Shown here: in pieces, positions 15,706 to 26,488 of the stretch
How the letters are laid out: each line of letters opens with the position of its first letter
Numbering within the stretch: the first letter of the stretch is position 1
NCBI GenBank assembly: GCA_963796275.1
Contig: CAWCKY010000003.1
Location: forward strand, 160,001 to 224,000
Source of the DNA: an uncultured Acidobacteriota bacterium
GTDB taxonomy: Bacteria > Acidobacteriota > Blastocatellia > RBC074
DNA: 64,000 nt
Reading direction: 5' to 3'
The notes under the pieces: generated by a model
Told to the model about the DNA's origin: nothing
The model's input: the letters and a program-made list of their open reading frames with translations, nothing else
The model's database searches: none
Program-made: the position numbers and the translations under genes

Positions 15706-15909
15706 ATGAAAAAACCTGGGACAGCGGCAATCCTGAGTTTAATCGTTCCGGGCATTGGGCAGATCTATAATGGCGCAATCTGGCGCGGGATTTTCTGGTT
15801 GATTATTACCCCTGGTTTTTGGATCACAACCGGAGGGTTTCTCGGCTGGGTCTGCCATCTCGTCTCGGCATACACCGCATATACCTACGCCAAGAAGCTA
15901 AATCTATAA
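15706..15909 (+). CDS. Small membrane protein
   Basis: AAILSLIVPGIGQIYNG motif, AAGGA RBS. Confidence 0.8.
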   Translation: MKKPGTAAILSLIVPGIGQIYNGAIWRGIFWLIITPGFWITTGGFLGWVCHLVSAYTAYTYAKKLNL

Positions 15910-15976
15910 GATTCACCAGAAATCACCAGACGTAGTTCTGCCTTTTTATCCATACTTGTAGTGATGATTTTCAGCT

Positions 15977-18900
15977 TTATCTCGGTGTTTCAATCGCTTT
16001 GCCAACAATGACTATTGAGACATTGTTCTTCCTCAACATCTCATTCAATTTCGGCATCTGATCATTTAAAAACTTGTCCATCTCGAGCATCTTCGTTTGG
16101 AATTCCCGCTCCAACTCGTCGAAGAACTCTCTTTGCGCGGGCGTTGGCGCAGCGTTAACGCCTTGTACGGAAGAGAAGAGCGATGATAGTTTTTCGCTGA
16201 GTTGCGAAGCTCCCCGATAGCCAAGCCCTTCCTGCAGAGGTGCGGCCAGTTTACCGATAAGCGCATCGGTCTGTTTTAAAAAATCGGTGATTGACCCGGC
16301 CAGCTCTTTTGGTGCGTCCGGCAACTTCTCTTTGACGTTCTTCTCGATCTGTTGCAATTGCTCCTTGATGCCATCGAGCGAACGCAGCGCGGTATTGGTC
16401 GCGGAGATCATTTCACGTAGTTTCATCGAATAATCGAATTGCGTTTTCATATCTGTCGCCGTAACTTGAACGGTCGGATCTATTCCTACAGATACTTTTT
16501 TCTCCTGCGAATTTTCATTGATTATCAATTTAACCGTATATGCTCCCGGTATGACTAGAGGGCCGCGCGTTTCGCGGCCGAATGAGCGGTTCTCTTCATC
16601 CTGCTCCGGCGTAGGCTGCCGGCGCAATTTCGGTTTGTCATGCGAAAGATCCCATGCCACCCGATTGAAACCTTTCTCTTTGGGAATCTCGCTCAGTTCG
16701 CGCACGACTTTACCGCCGGCATCGAGAATTTGAATCTTGGCGAGAATCTTCGCATCGAGTTTATCTTTGAGATAGTAGGTGATCAGCGCGCCATTGGGCG
16801 GGTTCGGCCCGGCGAAGACCTTGTCGCCCATGCCGTAGCGGGTGAAGCGCGATGTGAATCGTATGGTGGCGCGCGGGGCGAACAATGTAGCATCGCGACC
16901 GGCCAAATCAACATTCATCTGCTGAATCGGCGTTGCATCATCAAATATCCAAAAACTGCGTCCGTGTGTTCCCAGGATCAGATCGTTTTCACGCGGATGT
17001 ACGGCGATGTCGTGAACGGCTACTCGCGGGAGATTTTTCAAACCGAGGTCTAACCAGCTCCGGCCGCCGTCGAAAGTCGCATAGAGGCCGAGTTCAGTGC
17101 CGGCGTAAAGCAAATTGGCGTTTTTCGGATCTTCTTTCATGACATGCACGTATGCCTTCGCCGGCAGATTTCCGCTGATATCAATCCACGTTTTACCGCC
17201 ATCGGCAGTTTTGAAAACATACGGTTTTAAATCGTCGAGCATGTGTCGATCGAAAGAAACATAAGCGATATCAGAGTTCGTGATAGAAGGCTCTATATGT
17301 GATACCGGGGAGAAAGCCGGGAGGCCTGTCACATTTTTTGTGAGATTCGTCCAGTTTTTTCCGCCGTTGGTCGTCAGTTGCAGGTTGCCGTCATCGGTGC
17401 CGGCCCAGATCACACCCGATTTTGCCGGCGATTCGTTCAAACTGATGATCGTGCAGTGATACTCGGCCGTCGTATTCTCGGTCGCAACCGGGCCGCCTGC
17501 TTCTTTCTGTTTTTCCGGGTCGCTGGTAGTCAGATCCGGGCTGATCTTTTCCCAGCTCTTACCGAAGTCTGGCGATTTGAAGACGATATTGCTCCCCAGG
17601 AAGACCGTGGTTTTATTATGCGGTGAAATGACAAGCGGCGCATTCCAATTGAAGCGGTATTTTTGATTCGACGCCGCCCCGCCACTACCGCCGACCCAGG
17701 GTTTAACTAATTGCTGTTCGCGAGTCCGCATATCGGTCCGCATGATGTTCCCTCCCTGAGACAAGGATAGATATATTTCCGGGTCATCAGGATGGTTTAT
17801 CACCTTGAAACCGTCGCCGAAGCTCACCATGCGCCAATCGTCATTCAATATGCCGGCCGGCTCGCGCGTGCGGCTGGGGCCCGTCCAACTACCGTTATCC
17901 TGCATCCCGCCCATTACCCAGTAGAATGGCTGGCGATTATCGGCATGGACGTGATAGGGCTGGCCGATGGGTATGTTATTGACATATTCCCATGAAACCC
18001 CTTGATCGTATGAGACGGCAACACCTCCATCCTGACCGCTCCACAATCGCCTTGGATTTAAGGGATCGATCCATAGAGCGTGATAGTCGATGTGGATGCG
18101 AGGCGCGATCGAGCGATAAGTGCGCCCGCCGTCAATCGAGACGAAAAGGTTCGATGCAACGGAGTAGACGCGATTTTCGTTCGCCGGATCGACGCGCAGG
18201 TCGGAATAATAGAACCCGCGCGAAACGATGTTCGCCTGCCGGGTCATTAATCGAAATGTATCCCCCTTGTCATCGGAGCGATACATAGTGCCTTCTTTGG
18301 TTTCGGCGATCACGTATACGACGTTGGGATTGCTGGGAGCAACTTTGACGCCAAGGCGTCCCATCAATTTCGGCATACCGTTGGAGAGTTTCTTCCACGT
18401 CAAACCGCCGTCGATCGATCTGAAGAGTCCCCCGTTTTCGCTGCCGCTCACGAAGGTCCACGGTTTACGCTCGAAGCGCCACAGCGCGGCATAAAGGATA
18501 TTGGGATTTTGCGGATCGATGTCCAGGTCGCAGGCGCCATGTTCCGGGTCGAGGTAAAGGGTCTTCTGCCAAGTTTTTCCACCGTCGGTTGTCATAAAAA
18601 CCCCGCGTTCCTCGTTAGGTCCGAACGCATGGCCGAGAGCTGCAACGAAAACGACATTCGGATTGCGGGGATGGATTATGACGCGAGAAATATGCATCGT
18701 CTCTTTCAACCCCAGATGCTGCCAGGTCTTCCCTCCATCGGTCGATCTGTAAATTCCATCGCCGAAAGAGATGCTGTTGCGCGCATTGGCCTCGCCGGTG
18801 CCGACCCAGATCACGTCGGGATTATCCGGCTCGACCGCAATGTCGCCAATCGACAGGGTGCTCTGCCGTTCAAATATCGGGCTCCACGTGATACCGCCGT

Positions 18901-19201
18901 TAATAGTCTTCCATAACCCTCCCGAAGCCGAGGCGACATAGACGATATTGGGATTTCCGGGAATTCCCTCGACATCCGATGTTCGGCCATCGAAGATGGC
19001 GGGGCCAATGCTACGCCATTCGAGCTTCTCAAATGTTTTAGAGTCGATTGGGCCGCTTGCCCTGTCTGCCCCGTCTGCCCCGTCTGCCCCGTTTGCTTTC
19101 CGGGAAGGGCCGTTGGCTGGAGGGTTTTGAGCTGGTGCGTTCAGACTTACTATCAGAAGCAGGGTCAACGTTAAAATGGCGGATCGTTTCAATGACTGCA
19201 A
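15977..19201 (-). CDS. Secreted BNR/VPS10-like beta-propeller (glycosyl hydrolase-like) protein
   Basis: Signal peptide, WRSIGP, many S/TxDGGxTW Asp-box repeats. Confidence 0.9.
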   Translation of the reverse strand: MQSLKRSAILTLTLLLIVSLNAPAQNPPANGPSRKANGADGADGADRASGPIDSKTFEKLEWRSIGPAIFDGRTSDVEGIPGNPNIVYVASASGGLWKTINGGITWSPIFERQSTLSIGDIAVEPDNPDVIWVGTGEANARNSISFGDGIYRSTDGGKTWQHLGLKETMHISRVIIHPRNPNVVFVAALGHAFGPNEERGVFMTTDGGKTWQKTLYLDPEHGACDLDIDPQNPNILYAALWRFERKPWTFVSGSENGGLFRSIDGGLTWKKLSNGMPKLMGRLGVKVAPSNPNVVYVIAETKEGTMYRSDDKGDTFRLMTRQANIVSRGFYYSDLRVDPANENRVYSVASNLFVSIDGGRTYRSIAPRIHIDYHALWIDPLNPRRLWSGQDGGVAVSYDQGVSWEYVNNIPIGQPYHVHADNRQPFYWVMGGMQDNGSWTGPSRTREPAGILNDDWRMVSFGDGFKVINHPDDPEIYLSLSQGGNIMRTDMRTREQQLVKPWVGGSGGAASNQKYRFNWNAPLVISPHNKTTVFLGSNIVFKSPDFGKSWEKISPDLTTSDPEKQKEAGGPVATENTTAEYHCTIISLNESPAKSGVIWAGTDDGNLQLTTNGGKNWTNLTKNVTGLPAFSPVSHIEPSITNSDIAYVSFDRHMLDDLKPYVFKTADGGKTWIDISGNLPAKAYVHVMKEDPKNANLLYAGTELGLYATFDGGRSWLDLGLKNLPRVAVHDIAVHPRENDLILGTHGRSFWIFDDATPIQQMNVDLAGRDATLFAPRATIRFTSRFTRYGMGDKVFAGPNPPNGALITYYLKDKLDAKILAKIQILDAGGKVVRELSEIPKEKGFNRVAWDLSHDKPKLRRQPTPEQDEENRSFGRETRGPLVIPGAYTVKLIINENSQEKKVSVGIDPTVQVTATDMKTQFDYSMKLREMISATNTALRSLDGIKEQLQQIEKNVKEKLPDAPKELAGSITDFLKQTDALIGKLAAPLQEGLGYRGASQLSEKLSSLFSSVQGVNAAPTPAQREFFDELEREFQTKMLEMDKFLNDQMPKLNEMLRKNNVSIVIVGKAIETPR

Positions 19202-19465
19202 GATTGACCTCCTCTATCGCGGTTGGGACGAATACTCAGAGACCGATTCACCATGGATACTCAAGGAGGTGACAAAGGAGCGCAAATAACAGCGCTTATC
19301 CATTGCATATGTGTGATCCTGGTGAATTCAGTGAGCAAAATTTGACGAATAAGAGCCTGAATCTACTCCGCGCCGTAGAATTCGTCAATAAAGCTACTCT
19401 TTGAGAAGAAAGGCAAATTAGGTATGCGGGGTCAGTCGTAAGTAGAGAGCGTATCGAGTGAGTCA

Positions 19466-21022
19466 TTACTGATGGCGGGGCGAGTTAAAAGAATTTTTCA
19501 ATGATTTACCCCTATTGGTCGAATCCAGAGGTTTCTTCCGCTTTGCGATCTGATAAAAATATTCACTCACCTGTTCCAGCTCATATTCCAGCTTGATCAT
19601 CTCCAACCCAGGTCCTTCGCGGCTCTGTTTTCGCGCCCCCAATTGCCATAGCTCGGGGTCGAAATCGACATAGACCACGCGACCCGCCAGTAATAGACCA
19701 TCGATGACTTCGTCGAGTCGGTCATCGGGCCAGCCAGACCCCGGAGAGACCGTCTTCCAGAGCGGCCGGGCACCTATCAAGCGGTAGAGACTTACGAGCG
19801 GACTTCGTGCTCCGACAATGAATGCCGAATTCCAGGGCAGGTAATCAATCTTGGAAATATAATTTTTCGCTGCGCGCGCCGCCCAGTCCGATCCGTCGAT
19901 GTCTCTGAACATTTGGTTATAGGAGCCAATGGTCAGTACGACTATACCGAGCAATAACGGCAAAGACTGGATACGATAACATTTGATCAGTTCAGCCAGA
20001 CACCATCCGCAGATCGCTGCGAGTCCTAACAGACCTGTTAATAGATAACGCGGATTGACAGATAAATCGTGGTTGGCCAATAGCACGAGGTCGGCCAGCA
20101 GGCCAAGGCAGCCGAACACATATAGGGCGCGCAAATTTTTTCTCGGCCATAGTAATATGAAAGCGAGCGGGGCGATCATGACTACCACGCTGGAACAGTT
20201 ATAGGCGAAGTCGAACAGAAAGCGAAAATTCTCGATCGTTACCGGATGTAATTTGCGTTCTTGTGCGCTGAGCGCGTACCAATTGAATACCCCCGCCAGA
20301 TAAGTGGGTTCGTAAAATGTCCAGAAGATCATCCCGGCGAAGGCGGCGATGATGGCTAAAACCAGTGCCCTCAACCCGTAAATCCAGCCATAACCATATA
20401 CTCGCGCTGCCAGCGGGATAAAGGGAAGATAGAAAATTGCGAATTCGCGGAGGTTTGCGCTCACCCCTGCGAGAGTGGCGGCGATAATAAATTGATGCGC
20501 GCGTCCCATGCGCAAGCTTCGTAACATCCACCACAACGACCAGCTCAGCATAAGGAATGCCGGAATCTCGCTCATCCCGCGGCCGCTATAGATGATGTAG
20601 TATGGCGATAAGGCGACGAGTAGTGCGCCGAAGCTCGCGGCGAGCCGGCTAGCCGTCAGCTCTTTGCAGAGCGCATATATGCCGACAATTGCAGGACCGC
20701 TTTGGGCGATCACGGCATAGCGCAGGACCAGGTACGCTTGCTCAGCTGGAAGATTGAACCATTCGTTCGCAATTCTCCAAAACAGGTGGTTGTAGGCGAG
20801 GAAGAGAGCGCGCCCTAATCCCAACGAAGTAGGCAATCCCTGAACTGCATAAGATGTGTAATCGAATCCGTCCCAGTCGCTTATGAACTGATCCTGGAAT
20901 TTCCAGGCGAGGGACCAGGTAAGAAACAAGAGAGGGAGCCAGATATAAAAATCCCTCTTCCAATAGTGGTTATTGGTGGAAGAGTCTCTAGTGAGCAACG
21001 GTAAGGAGCGATCATTTGTCAT
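19466..21022 (-). CDS. Polytopic membrane glycosyltransferase (GT-C/PMT-like)
   Basis: About 11 TMs, DWD near N-terminus, SEIP, PRYLL. Confidence 0.65.
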   Translation of the reverse strand: MTNDRSLPLLTRDSSTNNHYWKRDFYIWLPLLFLTWSLAWKFQDQFISDWDGFDYTSYAVQGLPTSLGLGRALFLAYNHLFWRIANEWFNLPAEQAYLVLRYAVIAQSGPAIVGIYALCKELTASRLAASFGALLVALSPYYIIYSGRGMSEIPAFLMLSWSLWWMLRSLRMGRAHQFIIAATLAGVSANLREFAIFYLPFIPLAARVYGYGWIYGLRALVLAIIAAFAGMIFWTFYEPTYLAGVFNWYALSAQERKLHPVTIENFRFLFDFAYNCSSVVVMIAPLAFILLWPRKNLRALYVFGCLGLLADLVLLANHDLSVNPRYLLTGLLGLAAICGWCLAELIKCYRIQSLPLLLGIVVLTIGSYNQMFRDIDGSDWAARAAKNYISKIDYLPWNSAFIVGARSPLVSLYRLIGARPLWKTVSPGSGWPDDRLDEVIDGLLLAGRVVYVDFDPELWQLGARKQSREGPGLEMIKLEYELEQVSEYFYQIAKRKKPLDSTNRGKSLKNSFNSPRHQ

Positions 21023-21107
21023 TTTACATTTGTCATTGTGCCCTTGGCGTGCTCAGTCAATGTTCAATGACAGATCTAAAATGACAAATGACAAATGTAA
21101 AATGTAG

Positions 21108-22169
21108 TTATCCCTTGGGCGCGTAATAGCCTCTGCGGTGTCGCACCTTCATATCTTTGCGATTGGGGACGCGGATTTCAATCTTACGGAAGGTGCCATC
21201 GTTGGTGCCCACCTTCGGCTCATAGGCCAGCAGATACTGCTGGCGCAGATCTTTTTCGAGTTCTGTGAAAGCCTTGTCCAGGTCCTCCGGTTTTTTGGGG
21301 AATGTCGCGCGTCCACCGGTCGCATCGCAAATTTTCTTGAGCACGCCCTGGTTGACCCCGCCGAATCCAGGATCGCCGATGCCGATGGCATAGATTACGA
21401 CTTCCGCACGCAACGCCTCGTCAATGGCATCGCCGATTTTCAGCCGGCTCGTCGTATCTTCTCCGTCCGTCAATAGAATGATCGTTTTCCGGCCGGGCTC
21501 TTTGGCCAGCAAATCCGCACTTGTTGCGACGATTGAGTCATAGATCGAGGTTCCACCCTGGCGCGATGTGCTGTTGATAGGAGGAGTGGCGCCCCCATAA
21601 ACGCTTTGCGGCGGGGCACCAATGAAAGCGATATCTTCGAGCGCCTTGCGTACGCGCAGCGGGTTGGAGGTTAATCCGACCATTACTGTCGCCTCACCCT
21701 CGAATTTGATGACCCCTGCTGTGTCCTTGCCCTTTCGGATTACTGAATCAATGAAACGCCCGCCCGCATCTTTCAGAAGCGGGAGCGTGTATTGTTCGCT
21801 ACCGCTGACGTCAATCAGCAGCGCCAGCGTCAATGGCAGATCGAATTCGCGTTTGAACGTGAATATTTGTTGCATCTGCCCGTTTTCAAGAATCTCTATA
21901 TCTTCCTGTTTGATATCGTTGATGTAGCGGTTCTGTTTGTCCTGAACGCTGAACAGCACGTTGACTAGCTGCGTATCGAGCTTGATCGTCTGTTCTTCGT
22001 CTACTTTCTCGGGCGGCTTCTTGTCCTGCGGCTTTGTCTGCCCCTGCCCCTGTTTCTTCTCTTGTTGCACGACAAAGGATGGTTGCGATGAAAATACAAA
22101 GTTTGTCGCAGCAGTTACCAGAGCGGTAAGAGTGAAACAGATTGCTATCAATTTTATTGCTGACTTCAT
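21108..22169 (-). CDS. Secreted VWA domain protein (Acidobacterial VWFA-related type)
   Basis: Signal peptide, DVSGS MIDAS, LTDGED, QYLLAY..RRGYY. Confidence 0.9.
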   Translation of the reverse strand: MKSAIKLIAICFTLTALVTAATNFVFSSQPSFVVQQEKKQGQGQTKPQDKKPPEKVDEEQTIKLDTQLVNVLFSVQDKQNRYINDIKQEDIEILENGQMQQIFTFKREFDLPLTLALLIDVSGSEQYTLPLLKDAGGRFIDSVIRKGKDTAGVIKFEGEATVMVGLTSNPLRVRKALEDIAFIGAPPQSVYGGATPPINSTSRQGGTSIYDSIVATSADLLAKEPGRKTIILLTDGEDTTSRLKIGDAIDEALRAEVVIYAIGIGDPGFGGVNQGVLKKICDATGGRATFPKKPEDLDKAFTELEKDLRQQYLLAYEPKVGTNDGTFRKIEIRVPNRKDMKVRHRRGYYAPKG

Positions 22170-22234
22170 AACTTCTCCTTCACCAGCCGCCTCCAGCCGC
22201 AAGGATGCCAGGATCGCTCAACAGCGAACGCGGT

Positions 22235-23257
22235 TTAAGGCGATTGTTTGGCGTTCTGAGCGCCCTTTGGGATGGCATTGTAACCGGCCTTTGTCCTGAT
22301 CCTCAGGTCCTTTTTGCCTGGCAATTTAACTTCGATCTTGCGGTATTTGCTGTCGAAGTTTTCATTGCTGGGCTGATAGGCGACCAGATACTGGCTGCGC
22401 AACTCGCGCGCAATCGCTGCCAGGCTCTTTTCAAGTTCTATCACCTCCGCTGTAAAGAACGCCCGCCCGCCGGTGTCCTCAGTCAGGCGTTTGAGGTCTT
22501 TATCTTCCCGGCGATCTACCATCCCTCCCTGTACGCCGAATAGACCGCCCGCTTTCGTACTGATCGCGAAGATGACTGTTTCGGTACGCTGTGCGAGGTC
22601 GATCGCTTCTTTCAAGTTGCGCTCGCTCGCCGTGTCCTCGCCGTCAGTGATGATGACCATGGCGCGGCGACGGCCTGGTGATGCGGCCATCTTCTCTTCA
22701 CAAATCCGGAAGATCGCGTCGTACATGCGCGTCTCACCCTGCGCTTTTACCTTGTAGACTGCAGACGAGAGCAGATCGAGACGGTTGGTGAAGTCCTGGT
22801 GAAGTTCGACCTGGGAATCGAATGTGGCGAACAACGCCCGGTCCCTGCGCGACGAGAGCATCGTCTCGAGAAAAGAGACTGCCGAGTCTTTCTCGAATTT
22901 CAGTTTGGGTTTGACGCTGTTCGAAGTATCCATGAGCACAGCTACATCGAGCGGCATGTTGCTCTGCTGCGCGAAGGAGATGATCTTTTGCGGAACTTTG
23001 TCCTCAAAGATTTCAAAATCACCCTCCTTGAGATCGGTCACGAAGATATTGCTTTTACCTTCGGTGACGGTGATAGGCAGACGAACGTTAATAGTACGGA
23101 TGTCCAGATTCTGTTCGAGCTGGTTATCTTCAGCGGGTTTTGTCCCCGGTTTCTGTTTTGGTTCTGAGTTCTGCGTTTGCGCATCTGATGTATGCAGAAT
23201 CCCGATTACGGCGCAGAATAGAACGAGAGCGATCAACAACCGGCGAAGCTTGATCAT
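22235..23257 (-). CDS. Secreted VWA domain protein (Acidobacterial VWFA-related type)
   Basis: DTSNS MIDAS, ITDGED, QYLVAY. Confidence 0.9.
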   Translation of the reverse strand: MIKLRRLLIALVLFCAVIGILHTSDAQTQNSEPKQKPGTKPAEDNQLEQNLDIRTINVRLPITVTEGKSNIFVTDLKEGDFEIFEDKVPQKIISFAQQSNMPLDVAVLMDTSNSVKPKLKFEKDSAVSFLETMLSSRRDRALFATFDSQVELHQDFTNRLDLLSSAVYKVKAQGETRMYDAIFRICEEKMAASPGRRRAMVIITDGEDTASERNLKEAIDLAQRTETVIFAISTKAGGLFGVQGGMVDRREDKDLKRLTEDTGGRAFFTAEVIELEKSLAAIARELRSQYLVAYQPSNENFDSKYRKIEVKLPGKKDLRIRTKAGYNAIPKGAQNAKQSP

Positions 23258-23350
23258 TATTTCCTCCGATTACCAAGCTATAGGTTCTTTACAGTTAATA
23301 GAACGTACGAAGATTATAGTTTGCGTGGGAACTAGCAGTAAAGCGGGCTG

Positions 23351-23428
23351 GAAAAACAATACCGCGGCTCGTAGGGAGAGAGTGCCTTCAATGAAGCTAA
23401 ACACTCTGTCCATAGCGGACGCGGTATT
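23351..23428 (-). terminator. Long hairpin terminator after the pilin gene
   Basis: AATACCGCG/CGCGGTATT and AGAGTG/CACTCT nested arms, followed on the minus strand by TGTTTTT. Confidence 0.6.
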
Positions 23429-23483
23429 TGATCGGTTCGAAATTACTTCTGGCACGCAATCCAGAAATTTTTCGTCGCTCAAA

Positions 23484-23978
23484 TTACGGAGTTTTCGGCT
23501 CTTCCCCTCCGGATTCGGTTCCCGCGGCTGCACCTATATTTGTTCCTTCTCCGTGTGGTATTGCGCTCGGTGTGGCCGATTCGACGAAGCGTATCGTGCC
23601 GTCTTCGATCACATTAAAATCGCGGGAGGCAGTACTGGCAGATTGTCTTGTCGCCTGGACGCAGTATTTATCAGGCGTCGCTTCGGTAGAGGTGTAGAGG
23701 TAGCCGCTGACGGCCGAACCGCTGGAATAATTCGAATCAAGAAAGTTTTCCTGACCAAGCTCTTTAAGTGTTCCAAATTTCCCTCTCACGGCGCTGTGAT
23801 GAGCTTGAGCAGTATGAATGGTCCTCAAGGTTTCTATCGTAGCAGTTTCACGACCGATCTTGATGTTTTCAAGTAATTTGGGAACGGCCACCGCCGCCAG
23901 AATACCGATGATTGCAACGACGATCAAGAGTTCGATAAGTGAAAAACCAGCCTGCAGACGTCGATCTCGGTGCTTCAT
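23484..23978 (-). CDS. Type IV pilin / pseudopilin
   Basis: Prepilin cleavage motif QAG/FSLIELLIVVAIIGIL. Confidence 0.92.
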   Translation of the reverse strand: MKHRDRRLQAGFSLIELLIVVAIIGILAAVAVPKLLENIKIGRETATIETLRTIHTAQAHHSAVRGKFGTLKELGQENFLDSNYSSGSAVSGYLYTSTEATPDKYCVQATRQSASTASRDFNVIEDGTIRFVESATPSAIPHGEGTNIGAAAGTESGGEEPKTP

Positions 23979-24164
23979 ATACTTAATTAGCTCCTTCCTG
24001 ATGGGTATCTATTTTGAGGTCTATGCTTCAAAACACAAACGATTGAAGATCGAATCTGTTCCAATATTACTACATAGAAAGGCCGGGGGAGAAGGCAGTC
24101 GGAAGGCGAGAGTCTGGCGGACGGGGAGACTGAACGACTGGACGCGGAAGGAAGTTTTTACTCC

Positions 24165-24857
24165 TTAATTTTTCTTTCCATAGCTTTGCAGCGCGATTAC
24201 CAGCGCCAGGATGGAAATAATAAGCCATAACACCACCCAGAGCGTCGCCGGAATCAGAGTTAGCTGCTCCATCATGCGTGCGTCGCTGTGGCTATTTGAT
24301 GTCGTCGAGATCAGGAAGAGCGTCTTGAGGTCCAAGAGCGCGTTAAGGCAACACTGAACCGCGAGGAAACTCAGGAAGAAATGGGCCAGTCGTTTACCCG
24401 CTATCAGTGCAATAAAAATCAGCCCGCCAGAGAGGATTATCCCGGTAACCCAACTGAACGGATCACTCGCGTAGAGGCCAGTCAAGGCGAGGATCAATGC
24501 CGCGGTGACCGTCAGCACCGATTTCGTATTGTTCCCATCACGGCATAACACGAGCAGTCCGGCGCCATAGGCGGTACTCGCTAGATAGCCGGCACTGGCG
24601 ATCACTAGTTGCGATCCGCCGCGAGTATAGGTTTCGCCGCTGGCATTGGTATAGATCACCAATTGTTCCACCGAACCGAAAGTGATGAGCGCGGCGAGCG
24701 CGTGGCCGCCTTCGTGAATGAAGGTCACAAACAGGCGCAGCGGATAGACCAATAACGACGCGAGCGGTATTAACCAGATGATGCCGGCCAGGAGCGATGC
24801 TCCGAGCAGAAATATGAGGGAATCACCGGTTTTTTTTGGTGTTGGCATAAACCCCAA
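24165..24857 (-). CDS. M50B family membrane metallopeptidase
   Basis: HEGGH, SAGY, SDA motifs; multi-TM. Confidence 0.88.
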   Translation of the reverse strand: MGFMPTPKKTGDSLIFLLGASLLAGIIWLIPLASLLVYPLRLFVTFIHEGGHALAALITFGSVEQLVIYTNASGETYTRGGSQLVIASAGYLASTAYGAGLLVLCRDGNNTKSVLTVTAALILALTGLYASDPFSWVTGIILSGGLIFIALIAGKRLAHFFLSFLAVQCCLNALLDLKTLFLISTTSNSHSDARMMEQLTLIPATLWVVLWLIISILALVIALQSYGKKN

Positions 24858-25150
24858 TACGTAAAGCGGAAATAAAAGTTTCTATGAGGCACTCTTACTG
24901 ATGAGAGAAAAACCATCAGTAGTCGGAAAAATACGGCACTTAAACAGTATCCGCTATCGACGGCATCGACTGCAATTGCGCGGAAGCACAATGCCGGCTT
25001 GCCTTCTCTCGTTCTGGTCGAGATGGCACAGGGATTGACAGTGCATTCAATCGGTAATGTTTCCGGGTTACTGATGCCGGGCCAGGGGTTTCATAGGGGG
25101 TATCAGCAACCCGGAATTCTTAACCGTTGGCAGGAAGGGGGGATCGTTTT

Positions 25151-25792
25151 ATGTCACCGAATCTGATCACGCTTGTCCGGGTATTCTTGGCTTTCGGCTC
25201 GATTGCGCTCTTCCGCGCCGGCTCGTATGCCAGTGTCGCCGCCATGTTGATGATGCTCATTACGCTTGCGCTCGATGCGGTCGATGGGATTGTCGCGCGG
25301 CGCAGCGGCCGAACGAGCGACGCGGGCGCGGCTTTCGACATTGCGGCTGACCGGATTGTAGAAAGCGTTTACTGGATTTATTTCGCCTCGGCCGGTCTTA
25401 TATCGTTTTGGATTCCCGTAATTGTAGTCGCGCGAGGGGGATTCACCGATTTCTTGCGCGCTATAGCGTTCAGACAGGGGCTGAATGCCTTTGGCGAAAA
25501 TACGATGATGAAGACTTGGTGGGGCAAGCTACTGGTCGGTTCGCGGGCGAGCCGTGCCGCTTATGGGCTAATCAAATGCTCGGCGTTCATTGCCCTCGGT
25601 TTGTGGCTGACGCTGGACAATGCTCACCACTGGCAGACGATGATGGCCGCCGGTTTGATGAGCATAGTGAAGTTCGGTGCGCTGGGTCTGGCGATATCGA
25701 CTGTCCTTTTCTGCCTGGCTCGCGGAATACCGGTGATCGTCGAGGGAATAAGATTTTTCCGTGAAGACCTGGTCCTTCCGAAGCTGTGGTGA
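25151..25792 (+). CDS. CDP-alcohol phosphatidyltransferase
   Basis: PNLIT..R and D..DG..AR......G..FD..AD signature. Confidence 0.92.
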   Translation: MSPNLITLVRVFLAFGSIALFRAGSYASVAAMLMMLITLALDAVDGIVARRSGRTSDAGAAFDIAADRIVESVYWIYFASAGLISFWIPVIVVARGGFTDFLRAIAFRQGLNAFGENTMMKTWWGKLLVGSRASRAAYGLIKCSAFIALGLWLTLDNAHHWQTMMAAGLMSIVKFGALGLAISTVLFCLARGIPVIVEGIRFFREDLVLPKLW

Positions 25793-25795
25793 TTT

Positions 25796-26488
25796 ATGAA
25801 CAACGGCCGTATTGCAGCTATTTTCGATGTGGACGGTACGCTTATCGCGGGCGATTCGCTGGAACGAATATTCATCAGGTTCTTGTGGCGGCGCGGTGAG
25901 CTTAACTGGAGCGATCTGATGTCATTCGGCCTGAACGCTCTGTTCGGCCTGTTTATGGGACGCTCGCCGTTCCTGGCCAATAAAGCTTATCTGCGTAGCA
26001 AAAACACGTCTCGCATCCGAAGGCTTGCTCGCGAATGCTTCGATCTCGAGATAGCCCGGTGTTTATTGCCAGGCGCGATCGAGCGTCTTCGCTGGCATCA
26101 GCGCTCGGGCCATATTCCGATATTGCTTTCCGGCACGCTGGATCTGTTGCTCGAGCCATTGGCCGAATATCTGGGAGTGAACGCCCGAATCGGGACCGAA
26201 CTCGAGACCGAAGGGCGAATATTCACAGGTCGCATCGCGGGGATGCATCCCTACGGCGAATCGAAGGCGGAAAGCGTCAGCTTCATGAAAGGGCTCGGCC
26301 TCTTCAATCTAAATCGGTCGTTCGCTTATGCGAACTCTTATGCTGATCGTTACATGCTCGCCCAACTCGGATATCCGATCGCTACAAACGCTGATGCGCG
26401 TCTGCGGAAATTGGCCGAGAAGCGTGGTTGGATGATAGAGGATTTCAGCTCCCGCAAAGCCGGGTCACCAAGGGGATATGGTACATGA
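25796..26488 (+). CDS. HAD-IB family phosphatase
   Basis: FDVDGTL motif I, LSG, K, YANSYAD. Confidence 0.9.
   Translation: MNNGRIAAIFDVDGTLIAGDSLERIFIRFLWRRGELNWSDLMSFGLNALFGLFMGRSPFLANKAYLRSKNTSRIRRLARECFDLEIARCLLPGAIERLRWHQRSGHIPILLSGTLDLLLEPLAEYLGVNARIGTELETEGRIFTGRIAGMHPYGESKAESVSFMKGLGLFNLNRSFAYANSYADRYMLAQLGYPIATNADARLRKLAEKRGWMIEDFSSRKAGSPRGYGT

Noticed and set aside
19059-19096. 9-bp tandem repeat (GCCCCGTCT)n
   Set aside because: In-frame GAD repeats in a low-complexity linker; no phase-variation potential
22824-23876. 350-aa plus-strand ORF
   Set aside because: Antisense shadow of the VWA and pilin genes with no recognisable motifs; the same applies to most short overlapping ORFs in the track
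25024-25040. Sigma54 promoter TGGCAC-N5-TTGA before the lipid operon
   Set aside because: Lacks the conserved GC at -12
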